A stretch of 64,000 nt of DNA. It comes from Alloascoidea hylecoeti. Lineage: Eukaryota. The stretch spans positions 1 through 64,000 of the forward strand of contig BCKZ01000010.1 in assembly GCA_001600815.1 (NCBI GenBank), read 5' to 3'. The notes under the pieces were generated by a model, which searched no databases, was not told where the DNA came from, and saw nothing but the letters and a program-made list of their open reading frames with translations. Made by a program: the position numbers and the translations under genes. Shown in pieces: positions 12,688-25,150 of this stretch; the first letter of the stretch is position 1, and every line of letters begins with the position of its first letter.

Positions 12688-15600
12688 ATGGAAGAACAGA
12701 TCGAACAGGTAGTAGAAATCGTGTTGAGTGGCGCTGCTGACCAGCAGTTAAAGAAACAGGTATTTATATGTCTTTTTATGATTATTTTTGATAACTGAAA
12801 AACCTAATGAACATTTTATTTTTTTCAGGCAATGGATGTTTGTAATCAAATTCGAGAAAGTTCTGAAGGTTTCCAAATGGCATTAATTCTTATAAAAAGT
12901 CAAAGATCTCAAAATACAAAATATTTCGCCTTACAAGTTTTAGAATATCAATTACCAAAAATAAATGAACAACAATTATTATATGTTAGAGATGAATTAG
13001 TTCCTTATATTTTTTCCCGTTTTGATTCAAATTCTGGTGATATTGATGCTTCATTTATGAGGAATAAATTTGCTGAAATATTATCTTTTTTATTCAGTAT
13101 TACTTATATTAAAACTTGGCCAAGTTTTTTCACTGATTTACTTCAAACTGTTGAAAACAATTCAAGAGCTGTTGATTTTTATCTTCGAGTTTTACAAATT
13201 ATACATTCTGAAATTGGTGATAATTTAATCATTAGAGATCAAGCCACAACTAAAAATAATAATTTATTAAAAGATGCAATTCGAGAAAGGGATATGGTTA
13301 ATTTAGCAGCTTCCTGGAAAGAAATCTTATCAATTTATATTTCAAAAGATACAACTAATAATAATGAAGAAGATGGATTAAGAAATGTAATACTTGAAAA
13401 TTGTTTAAATGTAATTGGTGGTTGGATATCATGGATTGAAGCTAGTTTGATTGTTGATAATGAATATTTATCATTAATTTTTCAATTATTAGGTGATGAA
13501 AATCAAAGATTAAATGCATGTGATACAATTTGTGAAATTGTGTCAAAAAAAATGAAACCAATTAATAAATTAAATTTAATTCAAATTTTAAATTTAACAA
13601 ATATAATTAATCAAATTCCTGGTGATTTAACTGATTTAGATTTTATAGAAAAAATTGCAAGGTTATTCAATATTGTTGGTGTTGAATTAATTTATATATT
13701 AGATTCAACTAATAATTTAAATGAAAAAATTGAAGAGTCTGAATTAATTAAAGCAGAAGAAGAATTAAATAATTTATTCCCATTCATATTACAATTTTTT
13801 GAAAATGAATATGATGATATTACAATTCAAGTTTTACCAGTTATAACTGATTATTTAACATTTGTAAGAAAAGTTTCAAAAGATTTAAAAACAAATTATA
13901 TTAATAATAATTTAAATAATACAAATTCAAATTTAATTAAAAATCCAAGAGGTGGTTATCTTAATTTTCCAAATGATTCGAATTTTATAAATCAAACAAG
14001 AAGAGAAATAATTATTGAAATTTTAAATAAAATTATAATTAAAATGAAATATGATAATGATTCAAATGGTAATTCAAATAATGAAGAAGATTCTGAATTT
14101 TTAGAATTTAGAATGAAATTAAGAGTTTTACAAGATATGATTGCAAATATTGATTCTGATTTATTTATTGATAAAATTTCAATTATAATTTCTGATTCAT
14201 TAGATAATATAAATAATAATGATTGGAGAGAAATTGAATTAGGACTTTATGAATTATCATTATTTGGTGAAAGTGTTAAAAATGGTTCAATTAATTCAAT
14301 TAAAGGTATTGAAAATAAAGGTCTTAAAGTAAATGAACAATTATTTATAAAAATGATCAATTCAAATATTTTAAATTTTAATAATCATCCAATTATACAA
14401 TTATTATTTATGGAATTAGTTGTTAAACATCATAATTTTTTCATTTCTTCTTCACAAGCTTCTTCAACAACTTCTAATTCAAAATGGTTAACAATTAATG
14501 AAAAACAAGAATTAATTTTAAAAGTTTTACAATTATTTGTTTCTGAATTTGGCTTAAATAATAATAATGAAAAAGTAAAATTAAGATCATGGTATTTATT
14601 TTATAGATTTATAAAATTAACAAAACCAACTTTTAATGATAATAATATTATAAGAAATTTAATTATTTCAATTAGTGAATCATTATTGATTATTAAAGCT
14701 GAATTTGCAAATAATTTAGATTCTAATTCAACTACATCCGATTCATCAATTGAATTTATTAATAATGCTGATCAAGATACAAAATTTACAAGTCAATTGT
14801 ATTTATTTGAATCTGTTGGTTTATTAATTGCAAATGATAATTGTGAAATTGATGAAAAAGTTAAATTAATTGAAACTATTTTAAATCCAATTTATTTAGA
14901 TTTAGAAAATAATTTAAAAAATGTAACAACAAATAATGATCAACAACAATTATTAATTTTTCAAATTCATCATCATTTAATGGCAATTGGTACATTTTCA
15001 AAAGGTTTTGATACAGATGGTTCATCATTAAAAATTCCAACATCATCATCAACTATGAATGAAAATGATAATAGTAAAATTGAAAAAGTTTACGATCCAA
15101 GGATTTTACAAGAATTTTTAAATGCTTCACATGTTGTTTTAGTTGCATTAGAAACATTATCAAATTTTCAAATTATAAGAGATTCAGCAAGATTTTCTTT
15201 TTCAAGATTTATACCAATTTTAAACTTTAAAATTTTAGAAAATATTAAAAGATTAATTTTATTATTATTAAATCCAAATTGTTTAAGAATTGAATTAATT
15301 GATTTTTTAGGATTTTTTGGTCAATTAATTCATAAATTTAAAAATCATTTTGAAATTTTTGATATATTAAATTCTTTAATTATACCAATTTTTGAGCAAA
15401 TTTCCTTTCAATTAAATAATAATGATGTTAATTCTGATGAATTAATTAATTCAACTGATATAACTGTTGAAAAATCGCAATTAAGAAGATCATATTTTAC
15501 ATTTTTATTTAATATTTTGAATAATGGAAATATGGGAAATTGTTTAGTATCTGAATCAAATAAATCAATTTTAGAAAATATAATTGATATGACATTAATT

Positions 15601-16044
15601 AGTGCTTTTACAATTAATGATTCAACTACTGCAAAATCTGCATTTGCTGTTTTAAGTAAAATGACATCATTATGGGGTTCTTCATCTTCAAGATACACAC
15701 CAATTACATCAGATGATAACAGTAACAATCAAGAATTAGTTGGAATAGATCAATTTTTAATGGAAAATTTTACAAGATTATGTTGGGAAACACCATTTAA
15801 ACCTGATTTTGATATAAAAGATGCACAATGTCGAGTAATCAGTGTTGAGATTGCAGGATTGATGAAGACAATGTTTGAAGTTAAACAACAAGAATTAATT
15901 GTTTATTTGAAAAATATTTATTTCCCAAGTGTTCCAATTCCAGAAGATGTTGGAGATGAATATTTAAATGCTTTAACACAATCTCAACCAAAACAATTTA
16001 AGAAATTTTTTGTTGATTTTGTAATCAGATTAACTGGAAAATAA
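12688..16044 (+). CDS. LOS1: Exportin-T (tRNA export receptor); join(12688..12759,12829..16044)
   Basis: Upstream exon MEEQIEQVVEIVLSGAADQQLKKQ, then a 69-nt phase-0 intron GTATTT...CCTAAT...TTTCAG in frame with the ORF. Motifs LLKDAIRERD, EIVSKKMKP, RSWYLFYRF and QLYLFESVG. Confidence 0.9.
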
Positions 16045-16294
16045 TCATCATTATCTTGATAAATGATTAAAAAAAAATAAAAAGTATATAGAAAAGTAAT
16101 AACTATCAAATATAGATTTTAAATAATTTGTAATATATATATTTTATATTTATTGCATAAGTGGAACAACGTTAAGGTATTGGACGTATGCACGTGATTC
16201 CCCCTTTTTCTTCTTCTCCAATTCTCAACGCAAAAAAACAGCAAACCAAAACTTACAAACACAATCAGAAATAAAATAAAACACACACTCAGAA

Positions 16295-18523
16295 ATGGAA
16301 ACGGCGATACTAAGGTCTGAAAATGATGATCCTGCAATTATTACTATTGGTAAAAATATAAATAATGATAATTCATCATCAAATAAAATTGGAAATCCAA
16401 CATCAATTTTTGAATTATTTGAGTCGGCGAAAAAAACTGATGAATCTACAATTTTAAATAATTCAGAAACAAATAAAATTGAAAAAATATCATATTCTAA
16501 TGTTATTTTACGAAAATTAAGAAAATCTCCATTGATCGTAGTTCCTGAAGATTTACCTGATCAGTCTTTCTTTAATTTAAGATTAAAAACAAATAACAAT
16601 AACAATAGTAATAAATTAAATAATCATAATCATAATAATTCAACAAAATTAACTGGTTCAATGGGTAATTTTTCAATTCAAGGAAAACAAAAAAGTTCAT
16701 TTTCAACTACGAATTCAAATTTAAAAAGAGGCTTAAATAATAAACTTGATAATAATAATAATTCAAAATTTAATTCGTTACCAAGAGAAAGAAGAGAAAG
16801 AATTGATAATAATCATAGAAATTCAAAACAATTCAATAATAACAATAATAATAATAATAATAACTATAATGATGAATCAAATGAAGATCCGGAATGGTTA
16901 GATATTGAAGTTGATAAAAATGCAGCTCCTTTACCATTAACGGCTTTTACGCAGACTATCAATGGTCATACAGTAAATGAATTAGAAAATTGGAAAGCAG
17001 AAATGAAAAGAGAAGAATTAAGAAGAGCTGGATTATTACCAGATGAAGATGACAAAAAAGAAAAAGAAGTTGAAATTGAAAAGGAAAAAGATATACTTAA
17101 TGAATTGAAACAAAATGAAAATTCAGTTGATAATTTCTTCTTTTCTGATAAACCAAAGCATAGGGTTGCTAATTCAACATCAATTCTTGAAACGAAATCA
17201 TCACTTAGATCATTAACAAATTCATCTAATACTCAAGACAGTTCACCATCTTCATCATCAAAGCAAGTTGATACGAGAGCGTCAAGATTCTCAACTTTCT
17301 TTGTCAAAGAAAGTCCAGAACTTACAAATGGAGATATTTCTAATAATCATCAAGATAAGGATCGTGAAGGATTTAATCGTATTTTAACAATGCTTGACAA
17401 TAATAGAAAACAATCGGTATCCTCTAGTCATACTCCTTCTCCTCCAATTTCAAATCCAATTTTACGTCCTCAACCTCAATCTCAACCTCAGTCTCAACCT
17501 CAATCTCAACCTCAATCTCAACCTCAGCCTCAATTTCAACAGCAATCTATTCCCCAATTTCATCAACAATCTCAACTACAACAGCAAGGGCAACCGCAAC
17601 AGCAACAGCAAGGTGGGAATGATTTATTCTTCATGTCATTATTGAACAAAAATCATTCTGAATCATCTCAGAATTCACCTTTGGGAAACAATTCCCCTCA
17701 ATTACAATCATCCCATAATTCACGAAGTAGTACACCTCAATCAATTCGTGGTAATATAAATCAAAATCAATTTCCACCAAGATCAAGACAGGCTTCTGAA
17801 GCAAGCTTGAATTTCCAACAACAACAACAATTCTCTAATAATCCTGGTAACAAAATACCAATGAGAGCCGTAAGACAGGGATCAATACCAAATGTACCAC
17901 AGTTACAACAACAACAGCAACAACAGCAGCAACATCAACAGCAACAACAGAATTTCGTTGCACAGAACTTATATCAAAATGATAGAGGTCGACCCCAATC
18001 ATTACCACCTCAATTACAACAAATGTTAGCAAATGGATTGCCAATAAACTATCCGGGTCAACCAAGGCCAGCAAATATGAATAACATGAATAATATGAAT
18101 ATGAATATGAACATGAATAATCCATCATTTCCATTCAATCAACAGGTCCCACCTCCTCCAATGCCACCACAATTTATTCAACAACATCATCATCAAAATT
18201 CAAATCAAAGATCATCAATATCAGGCGGTGGATTTAATCCAGGACAACCAAATTTCCCAGGTATGCCAATACCACCACAATTACCAATGGGTCAATTTCC
18301 ACCTGGTATGTTACCACCTGGTTATTTTCCTAATATGAATGGTATGAGACCAGTTAATGGGAACAACAATAATAATAGTAATCCTGTGACTCCTACAAGT
18401 GCAAATGGAAATGGATTACCAATACCTCCACCATTTGGGATGTTTCCAGTGAATAGACATCCTCAACAACAAATTAATGGTCAACAATTTCCAGTTAGAT
18501 ATCCATCAAATGATCGTAGATAA
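16295..18523 (+). CDS. EAP1: eIF4E-associated protein Eap1-like, with Q/N/P-rich C-terminus
   Basis: Y-x4-L eIF4E-binding-like motif (YSNVILRKLR) plus EDPEW, HTVNELENWKAEMK and SRFSTFF blocks that I recognise from fungal Eap1. Confidence 0.65.
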   Translation: METAILRSENDDPAIITIGKNINNDNSSSNKIGNPTSIFELFESAKKTDESTILNNSETNKIEKISYSNVILRKLRKSPLIVVPEDLPDQSFFNLRLKTNNNNNSNKLNNHNHNNSTKLTGSMGNFSIQGKQKSSFSTTNSNLKRGLNNKLDNNNNSKFNSLPRERRERIDNNHRNSKQFNNNNNNNNNNYNDESNEDPEWLDIEVDKNAAPLPLTAFTQTINGHTVNELENWKAEMKREELRRAGLLPDEDDKKEKEVEIEKEKDILNELKQNENSVDNFFFSDKPKHRVANSTSILETKSSLRSLTNSSNTQDSSPSSSSKQVDTRASRFSTFFVKESPELTNGDISNNHQDKDREGFNRILTMLDNNRKQSVSSSHTPSPPISNPILRPQPQSQPQSQPQSQPQSQPQPQFQQQSIPQFHQQSQLQQQGQPQQQQQGGNDLFFMSLLNKNHSESSQNSPLGNNSPQLQSSHNSRSSTPQSIRGNINQNQFPPRSRQASEASLNFQQQQQFSNNPGNKIPMRAVRQGSIPNVPQLQQQQQQQQQHQQQQQNFVAQNLYQNDRGRPQSLPPQLQQMLANGLPINYPGQPRPANMNNMNNMNMNMNMNNPSFPFNQQVPPPPMPPQFIQQHHHQNSNQRSSISGGGFNPGQPNFPGMPIPPQLPMGQFPPGMLPPGYFPNMNGMRPVNGNNNNNSNPVTPTSANGNGLPIPPPFGMFPVNRHPQQQINGQQFPVRYPSNDRR

Positions 18524-18711
18524 AAACAATACATATATATATTTCTATGATTAAATAAATCTTTAAAAATGTTTTTTTCAATGTCTTTTTTTAATTATAA
18601 TTTAATAAGTGTATCACGTGTAGTGTGGGTTTTTGGTAACAAGCTAATTATAATACGTATATTATTCATCTTTACAAACCTCTTAAAAACATAAAAGAAA
18701 GCAACTAGAAA

Positions 18712-20541
18712 ATGACATCCAATAAGTTTACAAAACATATACATAAAGATGATACAAAGATAAAAAATTCCACTGTTGTTGTTGAAAAAGAAGTATCTAT
18801 AGATTTGAATAGACATACACCAACAGAAAATATAAATTTGAATAACTCAGAATTTAAAACAAATCTTAGCATTAACGGTTTAATCTTTTTAACAATCATT
18901 TTAATTATTGGTATGTTCATATCATTTTCAAAAGAAATTAAATCTTTTAATATTAAAGATATACTGGAGAGTCCATGGCAAATACAAAAAGGTAAATCAA
19001 ATGATCCTCCTTTAAAAGAAATTTCAAATGATATACCAAATGATTTTTGTAGTCCATCAACAGAAAAAGATAAATACGTTTTAATCATAGATGCAGGATC
19101 TCAAGGTTCAAGAATTCATATATATCATTTTAAAGAAAATCAAAGAAATACTTTAGATCAAATAATGAAGCAAGATGGTTTGGTTTTTCCAAAACTTGTT
19201 AATGAAACGTATTATCATGTGATACCTGGTTTGTCATCATATGCTGATGATAATGATAATGATAATGAATTTGCAATTAAAGCATCAAAATCATTAAATC
19301 AACTTTTAAATAAAGCATTAAATATAATTCCAAAAGAATTTCATGATGATATACAATTAGCAATTAAAGCAACTGCTGGGTTAAGATTGATTGGAGTTGA
19401 AAAAAGTGAATTAATTTTAAAAGAAATTGAAAAAAATATAATTGAAAATTATTCATTTTTAAAAATTGATAATGGAAATGAAGATAATAAAAGAATTGAA
19501 GTTATGGATGGGAAATACGAAGCAATTTATTCATGGATTACTTTAAATTATTTACTTGGTAGAATAGGTCATGATTATGATAAAGAATTTGATGATATTA
19601 ATAATGATAATGATGATAATCAAGAATTATATATTAAAGGTTCAGATTTAAATACAGCTGCAATAATTGATCTTGGTGGTGCATCAACACAAATTGTTTT
19701 TGAACCAAAATTTCCAAATGATAATTATTTAAAAAATCAATATTTATCATTATTAGAACCTGGTGATCATAAATATGAAGTTGAATTTAGTGGGTTAAAT
19801 TATACTTTATATCAACATTCTCATTTAGGTTATGGTATAATGGAAGCAAGAAAAATGTTAAGACAATTATTATTTAATAATGAACTTGAAAATAGAAATA
19901 GCAGTTCATTTGAAGAAGAAGATGGGTTAAAAGTTATAACTAATCCTTGTATTGCTGTTAATCTTAAAAGAGATGTTAAAATTTCCAAAAATAATGGGAA
20001 ATCAGAAATAATAAGAATGAAAGGACCAACATTAAATGATAATAAACAAGAATCTCTTAATAATTGTTATGAATTAACAAAAGAAATATTAAATTTAGAT
20101 ACTCATTGTTTACATGAACCATGTAGTTTTGATGGTATTCATCAACCATCAATAAATGAATTTTTTAATAAAGAAGAAGATATTTTTATAATATCATATT
20201 TTTATTATAGACTTACACCATTAGGTATATCATCAGAATTTACACTTATTGAATTATCAAATTTAATTGAAAATGTATGTTATGGAAAAGAATATTGGAT
20301 TAAAAACATAATTAAAAATATTAATAATAATGAAGATATTTTATTTGAATTAAATGATAGACCAGAATGGTGTTTTGATTTAACATTTATTTATTCAATG
20401 TTAAGATTTGGTTATGGAATAAATGAAACTAGAAAATTAAACGTTTTATCACATATAGATAATAATGAAATTGGTTGGAGTTTAGGGAATGCTTTAAGTT
20501 TATTAACTGAAGCTACAAGAATGGAAGATTATACGATATAG
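18712..20541 (+). CDS. GDA1: Golgi guanosine diphosphatase (GDA1/CD39 family), type II membrane protein
   Basis: N-terminal TM segment; apyrase conserved regions IDAGSQGSRIH, ATAGLR, MDGKYEA, DLGGASTQIVF and GWSLG. Confidence 0.85.
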   Translation: MTSNKFTKHIHKDDTKIKNSTVVVEKEVSIDLNRHTPTENINLNNSEFKTNLSINGLIFLTIILIIGMFISFSKEIKSFNIKDILESPWQIQKGKSNDPPLKEISNDIPNDFCSPSTEKDKYVLIIDAGSQGSRIHIYHFKENQRNTLDQIMKQDGLVFPKLVNETYYHVIPGLSSYADDNDNDNEFAIKASKSLNQLLNKALNIIPKEFHDDIQLAIKATAGLRLIGVEKSELILKEIEKNIIENYSFLKIDNGNEDNKRIEVMDGKYEAIYSWITLNYLLGRIGHDYDKEFDDINNDNDDNQELYIKGSDLNTAAIIDLGGASTQIVFEPKFPNDNYLKNQYLSLLEPGDHKYEVEFSGLNYTLYQHSHLGYGIMEARKMLRQLLFNNELENRNSSSFEEEDGLKVITNPCIAVNLKRDVKISKNNGKSEIIRMKGPTLNDNKQESLNNCYELTKEILNLDTHCLHEPCSFDGIHQPSINEFFNKEEDIFIISYFYYRLTPLGISSEFTLIELSNLIENVCYGKEYWIKNIIKNINNNEDILFELNDRPEWCFDLTFIYSMLRFGYGINETRKLNVLSHIDNNEIGWSLGNALSLLTEATRMEDYTI

Positions 20542-20588
20542 ATATAGATATAGATATAGATATAGATATAGATAGAGATATAGATATA
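20534..20588 (+). repeat. (GATATA)n microsatellite overlapping the GDA1 stop codon
   Basis: About 9 near-perfect gatata units. Confidence 0.95.
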
Positions 20589-20599
20589 AATATTAAATT

Positions 20600-21455
20600 A
20601 AAATTTTACTATTATTTTATTTAAAATTTTTGTCAACTGTGCAAATAAATTTAATAATTGATTATGTTCACTTAATCTTATTAATAAAGTATTTGAAATT
20701 TTATTTGTATCAATTAAATTAATTTCATGATTTAAAATTAATTTATCATGAATTTGATTTATAATTTGTGAACCACTCCAACCAGATAAAACAATATTAT
20801 CAATTAATTGAATTAATTTTAAATATAATTTATTATTTGAAATTGAAATTGATTTAAATTAATTAATGAATATAATTGATTTATAATTGGATCTGATTTA
20901 ATTCCTGCGATTTCTTGTATACTTTCAATTGTAATTGTTGTACTTTTATCATCAAAATATTTACATCTTTTACTATTAAATCACCATCTTCATCATATTC
21001 ATTTGTATTTGGATTTGGATTTTTTTGTAAATGTAACCTTGCAGCAGATTGTAAATAAGTTATTGCTTTTCTTAAATCATCATTTAAAACTTTTAAGATA
21101 CCTTTTAATGCATTATCATTATATGATAAATTTTCATTATTGGTAATAAATTTTAATCTTTCTAAAGAATTTAATTCATCTAATTTTTTAAATCTAAATT
21201 TTGAACATCTTGAAGCTAATGGATCAATTATTCTTGTTATATAATTACAAACCAAACAAAATCTTGTAATATTTGAATAAGTTTCAATTATTCTGGGTAA
21301 TGCAGATTGTGCATCGCTTGTCATTAAATCTCCTTCATCTAATATAATGATTTTATATGGTAAACAAGAATACTTTGATTTTTGTTCAGGTGTTGGTTTT
21401 GATACTGTTAATTTTGCAAACTTTTTAACTTTTTCTCGAACTATATTATAAACTC
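20600..21455 (-). pseudogene. RFC2: 5'-truncated, frameshifted replication factor C subunit 2 fragment
   Basis: IVREKVKKFAKLTVS...YKIIILDEGDLMTSDAQSAL.RIIETYSNITRFCLVCNYITRIIDPLASRCSKFRFK. The C-terminal part (SGWSGSQIINQIHD...EHNQLLNL) is in another frame. The N-terminus with Walker A is absent. Confidence 0.85.
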
Positions 21456-22039
21456 TAAAACTCGATATTTCATCAATTCGATTTTTTGGACGACTAATAA
21501 ATATATGAGTTTTAATATTTAGTACTTGGTATATTTTTCAACCTATGGAACAACACGAGGTTCCCATTTTTTGGCACCTTTTACCTTTCTGCTAGTTTAA
21601 ATGAATATTATCAAATTTATTGGAACTTATATATAATTATGAAAGATTATATGAAATTGTATCAAGATTAAGCACAAGTTTGAACGTTATAGTCTCTTAT
21701 CAATGGTGGAAATTCGTGATTTAGGAGTTTTACCAATTACTATATATTATATTCGATGAACTTGATAAAGAAGCTTATAATATTGGAAGGTTAATAATTT
21801 GGATAATAGAAGTAGGCCAAGAAGAGTATCTATTGTCGTTCCATTTGATTAATTGTTTACAGGGTCGATGACAGGCACTATCATATATTTCAACTACAGT
21901 TTCGGATGCTAATTATAAGTCATCTAGTTGATTACATAGAAGTTATAATTAAGGAAACCGTATCTTTTACCCAAAGAACTTTTTAACCCAGATAAGTCAA
22001 TTTTGTGTGCATATGGTATATTGGGAATCACAAATATAT

Positions 22040-22260
22040 ATAGGTAGAACTGTTTTAATATCTGCTTATTGTACTTCATTCTGCTTCGCTTAAAAAACGT
22101 CTGGATAGAATTTAAAATGGTAACATTGCTGACTTGAATTTACCCACTGGTATTCCTTAGTTTATGAATTGAATCATGATTTAAAACAAATTAACCATCC
22201 TATTATTGCCATCATATTATTGGGATCCTGAAGTCGCTGCTGCTATCGTTGCTCATTGAA
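22040..22260 (+). pseudogene. GPM1: Decayed 3' fragment of phosphoglycerate mutase
   Basis: Across frameshifts it reads RTVLISA...NIADLNLPTGIP/LVYELNHDLK...SYYWDPEVAAA, matching the Gpm1 C-terminus (IAKLNIPTGIPLVFELDENLK...SYYLDPEAAAA). Confidence 0.75.
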
Positions 22261-22541
22261 AAAAAGAGGATGCTGTGGAAGATAACGAAAGTATTGGCAC
22301 TCACTTACGCGTTCTGATGCGATAACGGTGATAGCATGTAGCTATGCAATTGATCTGTTTAATCATGTCAACTAACAAATCTAGAATTAATAGCATTGCT
22401 AAGTTTAATTCAGTTATATATAAATGGACAATAAAAATAGAAATATAAAATATCCACACTAAACAAGTAAAAAATTCAACTTCTAATATTTGTAAGTCTA
22501 TATAATTAATAATAAAAGTATATAGCCCATAATTTCAGAGT

Positions 22542-23825
22542 TTAGTCTTTCTTTAACATTGAAGATCTTCCAGGTCCTGTACCAACCCAACCAACAGGAA
22601 CATGCAAGAAATCTTCAATATATTTAATATAATTCTTTGCTTCAATTGGTAAATCATTATAATCGGTAATTTTAGTAGTATCTTGTTTCCAACCAGGTAG
22701 TTTAACATATTCAACATCAACTTTGGCAACAACTGATAAATCTTCAGGGAATAATTCTAATTTCTTACCATTATAATTATAAGAAATTCCAACAGGGATT
22801 TCATCAAAACCATCCAAAACATCTAATTTTGTAATATTTAATTTTGTATAACCATTAATTAAAGTTGAGTATTTTAACACCACTAAGTCTAACCAACCAC
22901 ATCGTCTTTTTCTACCAGTTGTAACACCAACTTCAGCACCAACATCTTGTAAAGTTTCACCAAAATGGTTTAATTGTTCAGTTGGGAATGGACCTTCACC
23001 AACACGGGTTGTATAAGCTTTAACAACACCATAAATTTCATCAATAGATTTTGGTGGAATACCTAAACCAGTTAAGACACCACCAATACCAGTATTTGAA
23101 GAAGTTACATAAGGATAAGTTCCAAAATCAATATCTAACATTAAAGCATTTGCACCTTCAACTAATATTTTTTTCTTTGAATCAATTGCTTTATGAATAA
23201 ATTCAACAGTATCAATAACAAAAGGTTTTAATTGTTTTCTATAACCTTCATATTTTTTCAATTCAGTTTCATAATCACAATCAAATTCACCATATCTTTT
23301 CTTTCTTGAAACAATTAATCTTTCAAGTCTTAATTTAAATTCATTCCAAGCTTCAGGTTCATCAGAAACCAAATGATGAATTCTAATACCAGATCTTGAA
23401 GCTTTTGTTGAATAAGTTGGACCTATGCCTTTACCGGTTGTACCAATTGATTTTTTATCCTTAGATAATTCACCTTCTTTCAATTTATCAGTTCTTTGAT
23501 GGAAATCAAAAACAATATGACTTCTTGAACTTATAAACAATCGATTATCACAATTTAAACCCTGAGCTTTTAATTTATTCAATTCTTCAAAGAAAGAAGG
23601 AATATGAATAACAACCCCATTACCTAAAATATTGATACAATTTGGATTAACAAGACCAGAAGGTAACATATGGAAATCATATTTTATTTTATTGACAACA
23701 ATTGTATGACCGGCATTGTTTCCACCAGCACATCTCGCACAAACGTCAATATCCTCACAAAGAATATCAACAAGTTTTCCTTTACCTTCATCACCCCATT
23801 GGGAACCAAGCACAACGTTGACCAT
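22542..23825 (-). CDS. ADE12: Adenylosuccinate synthetase
   Basis: [36 protein letters not shown] and [14 protein letters not shown]. The true ATG is at 23825; the track start is non-ATG. Confidence 0.97.
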   Translation of the reverse strand: MVNVVLGSQWGDEGKGKLVDILCEDIDVCARCAGGNNAGHTIVVNKIKYDFHMLPSGLVNPNCINILGNGVVIHIPSFFEELNKLKAQGLNCDNRLFISSRSHIVFDFHQRTDKLKEGELSKDKKSIGTTGKGIGPTYSTKASRSGIRIHHLVSDEPEAWNEFKLRLERLIVSRKKRYGEFDCDYETELKKYEGYRKQLKPFVIDTVEFIHKAIDSKKKILVEGANALMLDIDFGTYPYVTSSNTGIGGVLTGLGIPPKSIDEIYGVVKAYTTRVGEGPFPTEQLNHFGETLQDVGAEVGVTTGRKRRCGWLDLVVLKYSTLINGYTKLNITKLDVLDGFDEIPVGISYNYNGKKLELFPEDLSVVAKVDVEYVKLPGWKQDTTKITDYNDLPIEAKNYIKYIEDFLHVPVGWVGTGPGRSSMLKKD

Positions 23826-24006
23826 GTTTAGAGTGGAAACTAATAAATAATAAACTATAGGAAAAAAATCTATAGGACTTTCGAAACCGGAAAGTAACAA
23901 AAGTAAAAACCAAAAAAGAAAGAAAAAATATGTGGAGGTTAGGACAGCTTTATACTTTAAACTTACTTGCTAGCTGTCTGTAGCCAATAACAACCTAGTA
24001 CATCAA

Positions 24007-24080
24007 TGACTCAACAACTTATTTTCCAATTTTCAGAGACATTCTTTATTTTATGATTAGTTATTTATTAAACTGAGTCA
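24007..24080. promoter_or_regulatory. Two TGA(C/G)TCA Gcn4/Bas1-type sites upstream of ADE12
   Basis: TGACTCA at 24007-24013 and TGAGTCA at 24074-24080; a further TGACTC at 24714. TGACTC is the known Bas1/Gcn4 element of yeast ADE genes. Confidence 0.65.
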
Positions 24081-25150
24081 TATTTAATGAAGTGGGAATT
24101 GTAAGCGACTTTCCGGAAGTCAGATTTTAAAAGCCGTTTCCATTTGAAATCTAATTCCATTTGAAATCTAAAGTTGGCACGCCAAAAGTATGTTTGAAAT
24201 GGCACACTGTATATTATCACGAAGCCCTAATTTCCCCCAGACTTTACCCGGATCTAGAAAACTATAAAAGAACCCAATCTGTTTTTCCTTTTGGTTTCTT
24301 TTTCTTTTTCCTTTCTTCATACTTACCTGGAAACGTTACGGGAGATCAAGAAGTCCTTGTGACCGGTGGGATTTGATATGCATTGCACAGCGCAATTAGG
24401 TCCCATTGCCAGCTATCTTCGGGTAGCGTGGGTTTTATAATTTTTGATTTCATTCTCTGATTTTTATATTTTTACTTCGGTTGAGATTTAAAATTGGGGA
24501 TTTATACTATTTAATGTTTGGTTTCTTTGGAAGTATGAAGAAGAAATCAATCGTTTTATCCTTTTGCAGTATTGGGCCAGGAGGCGTCTTATTGGAAAAG
24601 AATAGAATGATACTTTAATTGTGTATTTGTAGATGATGGAGATGAGTACTAAACTATTTGGCATGGAAAGTGAAAGTTCACTCAAAGTTCACTCACCGGT
24701 CTTGTCTCGACCGTGACTCTAGATGTAACCCTGAAGTCCTATCTTTTAGAAGTACTCAAATGTTTGCGCGTGTTGAAGAGTATTCCTTATAAACGCAAAC
24801 AATTGCAATGTTTTATTTATGAAAGCAGGTTGCCAAGTACCATTTATTATGCTTGCGCTAATTAAAAGTAAAGACGTTGCAATTGCAATTGCAATTGTAG
24901 ATATAATTGCCACCTCCTACTGAGTTCTTCGCCCAGCGATATACCTTCTATTAGTAGGCATCAAGAGGAAGAGACATCCAAATGAATGATCTCCTATCTC
25001 TGATTATTTCTCTCACGGCGTGTTGGAAAATATTTGGATCAATATTAGCGGCGGAGATGGCCGAAGGTGTCGATAGATAGTTTTAAGTCTTGGATAATAG
25101 CTATATAAAATATTATTCCTTCAATTTTTTTTTATTTCTGTTGCAAAACA

